A program made the position numbers and the translations under genes. From Candidatus Thorarchaeota archaeon (lineage in GTDB: Archaea; Asgardarchaeota; Thorarchaeia; Thorarchaeales; Thorarchaeaceae), in contig PRDI01000092.1 of assembly GCA_003345595.1 (NCBI GenBank), positions 1 to 18,643 of the forward strand: DNA of 18,643 nucleotides, written 5' to 3'. This document shows, in pieces, positions 1-7,774 of this stretch. Below the pieces are notes generated by a model. The model did no database searches, was not told where the DNA came from, and worked only from the letters and a program-made list of their open reading frames with translations. The stretch's first letter is position 1. Each line of letters opens with the position of its first letter.

Positions 1-1
1 C

Positions 2-97
2 AACCCGGCCCACGCTGTAAACTGGGATTCAAAAGAGGAAAGTGACAGAGAAGCCCAACTGTTCGAGGGATATGGAATGGCCGTCGCAAAGAGTTGA
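2..97 (+). CDS. Possible 3' end of a gene entering from the left edge (…NPAHAVNWDSKEESDREAQLFEGYGMAVAKS*)
   Basis: Frame is open from position 2 to TGA at 95-97 with protein-like composition. Too short to assign a product. Confidence 0.35.
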   Translation, partial: NPAHAVNWDSKEESDREAQLFEGYGMAVAKS

Positions 98-793
98 GTG
101 GCCTGTTGGAATGTTATACGTAGAGTGGAGCAGCGGAGAGTCGATCGTCCTTCATGTATTCATTTTGGCCAATCGCATCGTCTCAGGCACCTGTTTCCCG
201 TCCGCTCTTCGGAATGGCTCAGAAGGAATCGCTATTCCTTGCCTCTCATTGGATTGGCTTTCTATTACTTTGGTTACGCTATTATAGAAGGATTCGCCGG
301 GGAACCATTTCTCATCGTAGTCCTTCTCACAGTCCCCCTGCTTGGAGGGCTAGCAGTTCGAAATGGGCGCATCATCGTTTTCGGAAACACACTGGCCTGT
401 CTGAAGTCAACGGTCGATAACGCACTGTTTCAAGTCCTCTTCTCCTACCCCTTCTATCCTTTTTATGGTCCGGGCTGGATGTTGAGCGGAACATACATTG
501 CTTTCTCAGGTTTCCTATTCATGCTAGACATGGTTGCCTGGATCATGTCGATGAAGCCGCGAGTCGCGGTCTACATTGTTTTCTCGTTTTGCGTATTGAC
601 GCAGACTTGGTTCGCATGGATCTGGTCATCCGGTATTTGGCTCTACGCTGCCTTCTCAGCTTTCGTACTCATAATGACCGCAATCGCATGGACTGTATCG
701 ACTGACACTGCAACTGCGGTAACTCGGCATGTCAGTCACCCACACGGAGAACCGCTGCAGGCACTCCGCATCCCGAGTCCTACATATCTATGA
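98..793 (+). CDS. Hypothetical integral membrane protein (about 5-6 TM); true start probably downstream of 98
   Basis: Successive hydrophobic segments from YSLPLIGLAFYYFGYAII to IWLYAAFSAFVLIMTAIAWTV. The first ~45 aa are Arg-rich and atypical, so the start is uncertain. The 3' end overlaps the convergent gene by 14 bp. Confidence 0.6.
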   Translation: MACWNVIRRVEQRRVDRPSCIHFGQSHRLRHLFPVRSSEWLRRNRYSLPLIGLAFYYFGYAIIEGFAGEPFLIVVLLTVPLLGGLAVRNGRIIVFGNTLACLKSTVDNALFQVLFSYPFYPFYGPGWMLSGTYIAFSGFLFMLDMVAWIMSMKPRVAVYIVFSFCVLTQTWFAWIWSSGIWLYAAFSAFVLIMTAIAWTVSTDTATAVTRHVSHPHGEPLQALRIPSPTYL

Positions 794-1145
794 AATCAGG
801 CTTGGCTGCCACACGGATAATCGGCAGATGGACCGTCATGGGGTCCGAGTCTACAGACTCTGTAAAACCGATAGTCTCTTTCTCTCGAGTCTTGTATGTG
901 AGGAAGTTGCCTTCGGGAGGAGCTTCACCCTCAGTATAGACCCAAAGCGGGAGTCCGTACATCTCGTAGTATCCGTGGTTTGAGATGAGGGTGCCATAGA
1001 TGTGCTTCCCTCGGTGCTCGAAGTAAAGCATGCTGGCGGGTCTGTCCCTCTGAGACCAAGATACCAGCATCCTAGCAAGATCCTTCATAGTTGCTATCTT
1101 GAGATTCACCGGTGGACGTATTTCCTTCTGCGTCACCATAGGCAT
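780..1145 (-). CDS. Small hypothetical archaeal protein, resembling the uncharacterised 'cren protein' family
   Basis: 121 aa globular alpha/beta pattern (KDLARM, HRGKHIYG, GLPLWVY, LPIIRV). A TATA-like CTTATAAG lies ~25 nt upstream of the ATG. Family resemblance is from recall only. Confidence 0.7.
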   Translation of the reverse strand: MPMVTQKEIRPPVNLKIATMKDLARMLVSWSQRDRPASMLYFEHRGKHIYGTLISNHGYYEMYGLPLWVYTEGEAPPEGNFLTYKTREKETIGFTESVDSDPMTVHLPIIRVAAKPDFIDM

Positions 1146-1169
1146 CTACGCGCTGTTCGGCAAAGTGTG

Positions 1170-1177
1170 CTTATAAG
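1170..1177 (-). promoter_or_regulatory. TATA-box candidate for the 780..1145 gene (likely leaderless mRNA)
   Basis: CTTATAAG lies ~25 nt upstream of ATG 1145, matching archaeal TATA-to-TSS spacing. Confidence 0.5.
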
Positions 1178-1242
1178 AGCATAGATTTGGAGGAAATGCT
1201 CTGCATTGCACTGCGAAAGGTGCCCATGTGACAGACACCACA

Positions 1243-3468
1243 TCAACGAACCGAACTCCGTACCTTTGCAGACAGTGAAGACACTGCTTTCCTGTCAGGC
1301 CCTATGATTACCACCGGCACGCATGCAGACTCTTCGCTGACTCCTACTGAAATGGAAGCTCGCATCGCATCTTTTCTCATCAGCACAAAGGTGAATCCCT
1401 CTGTGTGACGTATCGAGTCCACAGCCAGACCTAGGGACATGAGTGTTGCCACAACAGACTGTAGAAACGTAACACCCTCTACGCCTGTCCGCCGCACGGT
1501 GACTGTTTCCCGATACTCCGAGTCCTTCTTGAAAAGGAACTCATGAGAAGACTTTGCGTAGAGGACTTGGCGTTCCATGGCTTTCTCAAGAAGAGTCTCG
1601 GACAATGCACCAAACTTCCTTGCAGCAATGTCAGAGTAGTCGATGTGGCTTGTGGACTCGAAAGGAATCGATGGCGTTTCTTCAGACACGGCAGCACCGA
1701 GAGCCTCTGATGAAGCCTCACCAATCCTCGGTGCGGATTCCTCAGTGATTGCGTATTCACGTTTCTGCCGTTCAAACAGCGCCTTCACGTACTCCCGTAT
1801 CCAGCCATCCAGAACATTCCAGTCCTCTCTGCTTAGTTTCAGTGGGGGTCTTGGTACTCCGGGCAACTCAGCAGGCCTTCCCGCCTCATCCTCAGATGCT
1901 CGACCACCAATCGTAGGAGCTCCGACCTCGGACTCGGGTGCTTCAGGAGGAAGGAGCTTCGTCGCCTCCAAGAGAGCCGAAACTCTGTCTGTGCCCCCGT
2001 GCTTGGACATCCGCGGACGGGCCTGCATGACAAAACCCCGTCTGTTCTCTGTAGATTGATCAAACACCAGAGCGACTCCTCTCGGGAGACCACTGATGAA
2101 TGCTTTGTCCTTGAACTCTTCAGGCATCACTGCTGGCGCTCTCTGCTGGAGTGCCTTGATGTCAGCATCATGGGACAGCGAGTGGGAAATCACAATATCG
2201 GCCTGAGAGATGGCCTCGTCTGATACAGCTGATGGCTGTTGGGTACAAAGTACGAGACTGCAACCGAACCTCCGTCCCAGTTTCGCGTAGCTGACGATAG
2301 CGTCCTTTGCTGGAGTGCTGCCTGACCTCGGCACAAGCGTTTGAGCCTCGTCCACGATTAACCATGTTGGAGGAAGCTCTTCTCTGGCACTTGTTCCTTC
2401 ATCGGTCCAAGCCATGCGATAGGTGAGTATCTGCCTACTGAGCATGTTCGTCAGAATCGCCAGGACTGCGTCTGCATCTGACCCAAGAGGGGCGACATCG
2501 ACTATCGTGATTCGCCCGGCCACAGCAAGGTCTTGGGCGCTAGTGCCGCCGGGATGGAAGACACCCAAGTGTTGAGCACGTCTGAGACGCTGAACAAGAG
2601 CAGTCCTCGTAGCAGGCTTGTAGAGGTCCGAAAGACCGGCATTCGCGTCGACACACTGAATCATGTCCTGTATGCTGAAGTCAGATCGTGGAGGCTCTTC
2701 CTTTCCAGTCTCTCGCGTATACCCTCGCCGAAGACTGTCAATCACATCATTGATCAGGTTCTCTATCGCCGTACTCAGGATTCCACTTTTCTCGAGCACG
2801 TAGGCCCAGTCGGAAAGTGAGAGCTCTGACGGGCTGATCGCAAGAGGAAACAGCTTCGATCTCTTCTTGACCTCATCAGGGAGGTGGGAGAATGCGCGGC
2901 GTGGAATGTAGACGGCTGCAGGAAATCCCTGAGCCTCAAGACCCCACTTTCGCAGGAGATCTCCTTGGTCCGTATTGGGTTCAATAACCTGTCTAAACAC
3001 GTCAACTGTGTCAATGACGACAACCGCGACCTCAATCTCCTTTCGTGCCATCGCGCGCGCCAGTTCTTCAGATATGAGACCGAGAGTATAGCTCTTGCCA
3101 GACCCCCTCTTGCCTGCGACAAGCATGACATGTGGACTAACAAGGTCGAGATTCACGGGCATTCCGAACAGAGAGGTGAGAACATCTTCGGAGGACTCTG
3201 TGACTGCTCCTATCAGACCCAGGCCCATCGAGCGATACTTCCGGTGAAAGGACTCAGACCTGCCAAGTATGACCCCGAGGCTAGGATCTATCAGTAGCTC
3301 AAGCGGGGTTGTCGGCCGCGGACGATATTCAAGGACTGCCTTTGGAATCAGGTCAACGGGCTTGTCGGCAGGAATGTGTTCAGGGTCCCGTTCGGTTCCG
3401 GCGTTGCCATCGGGGCTGTCACTAGGCTCACGTTTGTCCAAGGTGGCTCCCTCCAGAAGGGCAGGCAA
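1243..3468 (-). CDS. HerA/FtsK/VirB4-superfamily P-loop ATPase (DUF87-type) with C-terminal extension
   Basis: Walker A GKRGSGKS, VVVIDTVD strand, Walker B WLIVDEAQ, LGRRFG motif, CTQQPS sensor, and RPRMSKHGG at the end of the core. TTG start. Confidence 0.88.
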   Translation of the reverse strand: MPALLEGATLDKREPSDSPDGNAGTERDPEHIPADKPVDLIPKAVLEYRPRPTTPLELLIDPSLGVILGRSESFHRKYRSMGLGLIGAVTESSEDVLTSLFGMPVNLDLVSPHVMLVAGKRGSGKSYTLGLISEELARAMARKEIEVAVVVIDTVDVFRQVIEPNTDQGDLLRKWGLEAQGFPAAVYIPRRAFSHLPDEVKKRSKLFPLAISPSELSLSDWAYVLEKSGILSTAIENLINDVIDSLRRGYTRETGKEEPPRSDFSIQDMIQCVDANAGLSDLYKPATRTALVQRLRRAQHLGVFHPGGTSAQDLAVAGRITIVDVAPLGSDADAVLAILTNMLSRQILTYRMAWTDEGTSAREELPPTWLIVDEAQTLVPRSGSTPAKDAIVSYAKLGRRFGCSLVLCTQQPSAVSDEAISQADIVISHSLSHDADIKALQQRAPAVMPEEFKDKAFISGLPRGVALVFDQSTENRRGFVMQARPRMSKHGGTDRVSALLEATKLLPPEAPESEVGAPTIGGRASEDEAGRPAELPGVPRPPLKLSREDWNVLDGWIREYVKALFERQKREYAITEESAPRIGEASSEALGAAVSEETPSIPFESTSHIDYSDIAARKFGALSETLLEKAMERQVLYAKSSHEFLFKKDSEYRETVTVRRTGVEGVTFLQSVVATLMSLGLAVDSIRHTEGFTFVLMRKDAMRASISVGVSEESACVPVVIIGPDRKAVSSLSAKVRSSVR

Positions 3469-3581
3469 TTGAACTCCAATAAACGTTTGTACGAGCGCGC
3501 CTTAAGGTGATAGTCTGCAAGAGTCTCCTGTAAAAACGTCGATAGGTAATGCTCAAAACCAGCACGTGTGATTCATGAGCT

Positions 3582-4367
3582 ATGCAAGAGACGATCCAAG
3601 ATGGCAGCCTTGTCTTGATCTTCCTCGATGCCAAGAGAAACTGGATAAGGAAAGTAAAAGCAGGAGAGAGCTTTCACTCCAACAAGGGAATCATCAAGTT
3701 CGATGACATCATTGGACGTCCCTTCGGAATCAAGGTTCAGAGCCATTCCGCCCAGTTGTTCCAGATACATAGACCGAGCCTCACAGATATCCAGATATCA
3801 CTTGGCCGGAACACGCAGATCATCTATCCAAAGGACGCAGGGACAATCCTTCTTGAGGCTGGGATTGGATCAGGGAGCACCGTCGTGGAGTCGGGCACTG
3901 GGTCAGGAGCGCTCACATATGTGCTCGCGAATACAGTCGGCCCTACGGGACACATCTTCACCTACGAGGTTCGCCAAGACATGTACGAGGGGGCGAAGAA
4001 GAACCTCGAGCGGCACGCGTCGATGGACAGAATCACTATGCACCTGAAAGATGTCCTAAGTGGAGTTGAAGAGAAAGACGTGGATGCGGTGGTATTGGAC
4101 TTGGCGACACCGTGGGAGGTCGTCACAGAGGCTCATCGAGTCTTGAAGCCAAGCCACTTTCTCGCCAGTTATAGCCCCACGATGGAGCAGGTCATGAAAA
4201 CGTGTAAGGCATTGGGCGAAAGCGGAGAGTGGGGCATGATTAAGACTCTGGAGGTCTTTCAGAGGGAAATCATGGTCAGGGAGAACAAGACCAGGCCCAC
4301 AACTTGGATGGTTGGGCACACTGGTTACATGACATTCGCAAGATCCATGGTAGAATCCGGCACATGA
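3582..4367 (+). CDS. trmI: tRNA (adenine-57/58-N1)-methyltransferase
   Basis: TQIIYPKD, SAM-binding ESGTGSGALT, DAVVLDLATPW, YSPTMEQV and GHTGY motifs of the TrmI/Gcd14 family. Confidence 0.95.
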   Translation: MQETIQDGSLVLIFLDAKRNWIRKVKAGESFHSNKGIIKFDDIIGRPFGIKVQSHSAQLFQIHRPSLTDIQISLGRNTQIIYPKDAGTILLEAGIGSGSTVVESGTGSGALTYVLANTVGPTGHIFTYEVRQDMYEGAKKNLERHASMDRITMHLKDVLSGVEEKDVDAVVLDLATPWEVVTEAHRVLKPSHFLASYSPTMEQVMKTCKALGESGEWGMIKTLEVFQREIMVRENKTRPTTWMVGHTGYMTFARSMVESGT

Positions 4368-4371
4368 CCAT

Positions 4372-4382
4372 AACCTTATATC
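4372..4382 (+). promoter_or_regulatory. BRE/TATA promoter candidate AACCTTATATC for the 4433-5210 gene pair
   Basis: TATA-like element ~50 nt upstream of ATG 4433. The identical 11-mer occurs upstream of ATPase subunit C. Confidence 0.5.
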
Positions 4383-4432
4383 GATATACGGCGAATTGTT
4401 ATTGTCGATTGTTGTCGACGGAGGCTGGTCAT

Positions 4433-4816
4433 ATGCCGTACCAGCATAAGAAAGCGCGTCACGCAAAGGAAACAAAGGAAATCCTTGAGAATATCGTGAA
4501 GCTCAGGAAGACCGAGTATGAGCTCATGGAAAGCGCAGAATCTGTGAAAGTTGGAAGTCCGTTTGATGATGTTGTTAGGAATGAGTCGCGGCCTAACGTG
4601 TTACCGGGGCAAGTACACAAAGCCCCACAGGATGAGGACCACCGAGAGTCTGAGGAAAAGGAGATTCAAGTCCATGACCGTGGTAGCGAGGATTTCGAAG
4701 ATTACAAGCCTACTACCGAGATCAAGTTGGACGCACATCAGGCGAAAGAGACCTTTGAGAAGAAGAGGAAACACAGAAACTACGCAGAGTTCCGATTTGA
4801 CTATGGCCATGTCTAG
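4433..4816 (+). CDS. Hypothetical, highly charged, probably largely disordered protein (127 aa)
   Basis: ATG 4433 is preceded by SD GGAGG (4420-4424). The ORF-track start at 4304 overlaps trmI and is rejected. Sequence is E/K/D/H-rich and its stop overlaps the next start. Confidence 0.7.
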   Translation: MPYQHKKARHAKETKEILENIVKLRKTEYELMESAESVKVGSPFDDVVRNESRPNVLPGQVHKAPQDEDHRESEEKEIQVHDRGSEDFEDYKPTTEIKLDAHQAKETFEKKRKHRNYAEFRFDYGHV

Positions 4817-5210
4817 GGGGAAGGGCAACTTGACAAGAGACTCTGAAGTATTCGAGCTGAAGGAAGAGATAAGGGAACTGAGGAAAACAGTGCTCATGTT
4901 GAGGCAGACCGTGAACCAGCTGAGCGCGAAGATCCAGACTACGCCAGAGCGGATACAAGTATCCAGTGAGACCGGCCAGTACAATGTCTTTGCGAACCAA
5001 GCCAGCGTCATTGAGTATGATATAAGCTGGGAGAGGTTAGTCACTCTCCTCCAGGACGCAAACGCAGGTCTGACTGCAACTGAGCTGGCGACAAGGTGGG
5101 GAAAATCCCGTTCGCGTACGAGTGAGGTTCTCAACAAGCTGGTCGACGACGGGCACCTAGTCAAGTTCAGAGACGGACGCCGAATCAAGTTCAGGGCACC
5201 TGACGAGTGA
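4809..5210 (+). CDS. Coiled-coil plus winged helix-turn-helix protein (putative transcription regulator)
   Basis: N-terminal heptads (LKEEIRELRKTVLMLRQTVNQL). C-terminal wHTH: LTATELATRWGKSRSRTSEVLNKLVDDGHLVKFRDGRRIKF. Start is ATG 4809 (or 4803), overlapping the upstream gene's end. Confidence 0.82.
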   Translation: MSRGKGNLTRDSEVFELKEEIRELRKTVLMLRQTVNQLSAKIQTTPERIQVSSETGQYNVFANQASVIEYDISWERLVTLLQDANAGLTATELATRWGKSRSRTSEVLNKLVDDGHLVKFRDGRRIKFRAPDE

Positions 5211-5221
5211 TACTCAAAACA

Positions 5222-5246
5222 GGGCATTCCAGACGGTCGAATGTCT
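5222..5246 (+). terminator. Possible hairpin downstream of the wHTH gene
   Basis: GGGCATTC-cagacggtc-GAATGTCT forms an 8-bp stem with G-U pairs, 11 nt after the stop. No U-tract follows. Confidence 0.2.
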
Positions 5247-5318
5247 AGGCCCCCCAAGTATTCTTAAGTATAGGAGAGAAGGACTCAGGCAGGAGAACAA
5301 CTGCCGGGGTCACAGTAA

Positions 5319-7661
5319 TTGGCCAACGTGATAGGTCGCACAAAGAAAGCCCAACCCCAAGAATCTCCCGTTGTCGAGACCGAGGACGTCATAGTCCATG
5401 CCAGTAGACTGTTCGAACTCAATATAATTGCACAAGATGCCGTACGAGAGTTCGCCCTTCACGACATCGATGACAAAGAAGGGCTCGAAAGCAAGCGAAT
5501 CGCAATGCATGACGCCTTCACGCAACTGTATGATGAGGTGTCAGCATTCATTGATCAGATCATGGGTGAAGACTTTGAAATCTCGTACCTTAGAGACAGG
5601 ATTGGGAGTGCCGAGGGAGAAGCAAAGGACCAGCTTGTCGCTGGACTGAAGGAGCTCGAGGAGCAGTCCCAGAGGAACTTGGCCGACATGTGGATGGCCC
5701 GAGTAATGGCTTGGCTTCATCAAGCGGCGGCGGCCAGTGGACCCTTCGTCGAGGGCGAGAACGAAGAGAAGAAGAAGTCATCTTCCAAGCACTTGGCAGC
5801 AGTCTATACGATGTTGGAGAAACCCTTCTCTGCTGTGCCATCGAAGTCAGATGGGACGCAGAAGCTCAGAAGAGTGGCGCTGGGCAGCAAGGCCTACTCA
5901 CTGCTGACCGAGTCGTCCACCCCTGATGAGGCCGAACTTGCAGACATCCTTGGCAGAAACAAAAGGTCGGAAGCAGAGTTCTACGACGAGTTCCTGAACG
6001 AACTCATCGGGCAGGAGAGCACATTCAGGCAGGCGTTCAACCCGTTTGACGAACTCGTATGGCGTGACATGCTCAGCTCATTCATATTCGAGCAGGCCAC
6101 GGATCTCTATAACGAAGCAATTCCCTACTTCGACAAGAGCAAGACCCCTGACAAGCAGAGAACGGCCATGATCAAGTCTTGGAAACAAAACACCGCCGGC
6201 CTAAGCGAGGTCTACCTCGCCATGACCTACAATGACATAGCTGATGCTCAGATGAGGGCAGGCAATCTCGAGGACGCGTCGGGACTGTACCAGCAGTCTT
6301 CAGAGGCCTTTGGCAGAGCAGAGAAGTGCTTCGATGAGGTGGTGGCACTACACAGCAATGCTGAGCAATCCAAGAGTGACAAGGACCAGAAGAAGGCACA
6401 GGCCCTATTCTGCAGAGCGGAGGCCTCCGTGCAGACCCTGTCAGACCTGCTTGAGGTCAACAACAAGGAAGAGGCCATCAAGATACTCGGCGACATATTC
6501 AAGGACCTGAAGAAAGCGGAAAAGCTAGCCAAGAGCCGCGAACTCACAGCTGCTATCAAGGAGAACCTGAGGATATTCTCATTCGTGGAGCAGCTACTCA
6601 GCAAGAAGATCGACGATCTCAAGAGCATAACAAGCCAGATCGATTTCGCTAAGGACTTGAGGAAGACAGGTCTAGTCCAGACAGTCAGCAAGTCGCTTGA
6701 TGAGGCAGGCTCAAAACTGGCAACAGACCCTGTAGGTTCTCTCGACGCAGTTCGTGAAGGTCTTAGTAGCCTCGGCATCCTGTTGAGCCTGGAGTCTGAG
6801 GACGAGGAAGTAGGCAACCTGCGGAACAGGACCTTGGCGATGCTGAACCACTTGAAGTACGTCATTCAGTTTCAATTGAGCTCACAGATTCAGCATGGCG
6901 TCAAGTTCATTCTGTCGCGAATTCTCGAGAACCTTCATGCGGCAGAGGCTGCAACTTACTACAAAGTCATTGGTGAAACCCGGTCCGCGGACGAGCTCAC
7001 GGATCTGGGAAAGCTCGCTCTTGCAACCGCATACGCATCCGAGGCGCAGATCTTCTCAAGGCAGTCCGAGCAGTGGGCGTTCAGAGCACAGATCGCCCGA
7101 GCGAGCGCGTTCAAGAAGCTCGAAGACGAGATAGCCGAGTTCGAGGATGAGGAAGGCATTGAGAACACTGTGAAGATTCATGACGACACAATCATGAGGA
7201 TCAGACAGACAGTGGCCTCATTCGAGGCAGCTACAAACGAACTCAATAGTGTTAAGGGTGAGGAGATTCGGCAAAAGAACAACGTCGACCAGCAAGTGAA
7301 ACAGCTTCAGGCCGTGGTGCTGAAGTTCAAAGGTGACCTGTCCAGAATCCTTGGTGCGAGGAGTGACTTTTTGGCTGAGTTCTCGTCAAAGAAAGGAGAT
7401 GCCTCGAAGGCCATGGTGTACTATTCCGAAGCTACCGACAGGCTCCGAGAGGCTGTTGGCAACTATACAGTTGCAGCCCAGGTCTTCCAGCAAATGGGTG
7501 ATGCTCAGGCTGCTCAGACCGTCGACAACAGGGCGAAAACTACAGACCTCGTCGCGCGGGGCGTCTGGGACAACAGACAAAGACTAGACAGTGATCAAAC
7601 CCCGGCCTACATGGGCGACAGCGAACTCACTGCGCTTTATCTCGGCACTGGTGGTCAGTGA
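5319..7661 (+). CDS. Large acidic all-alpha helical-repeat (TPR/SNAP-like solenoid) protein, function unknown
   Basis: 780 aa with no TM segment and amphipathic helices. Repeats include IADAQMRAGNLEDASGLYQQSSEAF and LAEFSSKKGDASKAMVYYSEATDRL. TTG start; TATA-like TTCTTAAGTA at 5261-5270. Confidence 0.8.
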   Translation: MANVIGRTKKAQPQESPVVETEDVIVHASRLFELNIIAQDAVREFALHDIDDKEGLESKRIAMHDAFTQLYDEVSAFIDQIMGEDFEISYLRDRIGSAEGEAKDQLVAGLKELEEQSQRNLADMWMARVMAWLHQAAAASGPFVEGENEEKKKSSSKHLAAVYTMLEKPFSAVPSKSDGTQKLRRVALGSKAYSLLTESSTPDEAELADILGRNKRSEAEFYDEFLNELIGQESTFRQAFNPFDELVWRDMLSSFIFEQATDLYNEAIPYFDKSKTPDKQRTAMIKSWKQNTAGLSEVYLAMTYNDIADAQMRAGNLEDASGLYQQSSEAFGRAEKCFDEVVALHSNAEQSKSDKDQKKAQALFCRAEASVQTLSDLLEVNNKEEAIKILGDIFKDLKKAEKLAKSRELTAAIKENLRIFSFVEQLLSKKIDDLKSITSQIDFAKDLRKTGLVQTVSKSLDEAGSKLATDPVGSLDAVREGLSSLGILLSLESEDEEVGNLRNRTLAMLNHLKYVIQFQLSSQIQHGVKFILSRILENLHAAEAATYYKVIGETRSADELTDLGKLALATAYASEAQIFSRQSEQWAFRAQIARASAFKKLEDEIAEFEDEEGIENTVKIHDDTIMRIRQTVASFEAATNELNSVKGEEIRQKNNVDQQVKQLQAVVLKFKGDLSRILGARSDFLAEFSSKKGDASKAMVYYSEATDRLREAVGNYTVAAQVFQQMGDAQAAQTVDNRAKTTDLVARGVWDNRQRLDSDQTPAYMGDSELTALYLGTGGQ

Positions 7662-7774
7662 AGCGCTGCTGGCGTAGACATGACCAGTCAGCTGAATGTC
7701 AGTAACTCTGGACAATGCACTTGCTCACCGGCAGTGACAACGCGGACGATAGCCCTGGGAATAGTGATTGAGAC

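Noticed and set aside
1243-3468. HerA-based anti-phage system
   Set aside because: No adjacent Sir2, nuclease or other effector. The neighbourhood is housekeeping-like.
4551-4802. Long N-terminal extension of the wHTH ORF (219 aa version)
   Set aside because: It overlaps the 4433-4816 gene in another frame. A start at 4803/4809 is more plausible.
6248-6865. 205-aa antisense ORF, and similar shadow ORFs (4601-5257, 8592-9068, 16152-16649)
   Set aside because: These lie opposite well-supported genes, are Ser/Leu-rich mirror translations and carry no motifs.
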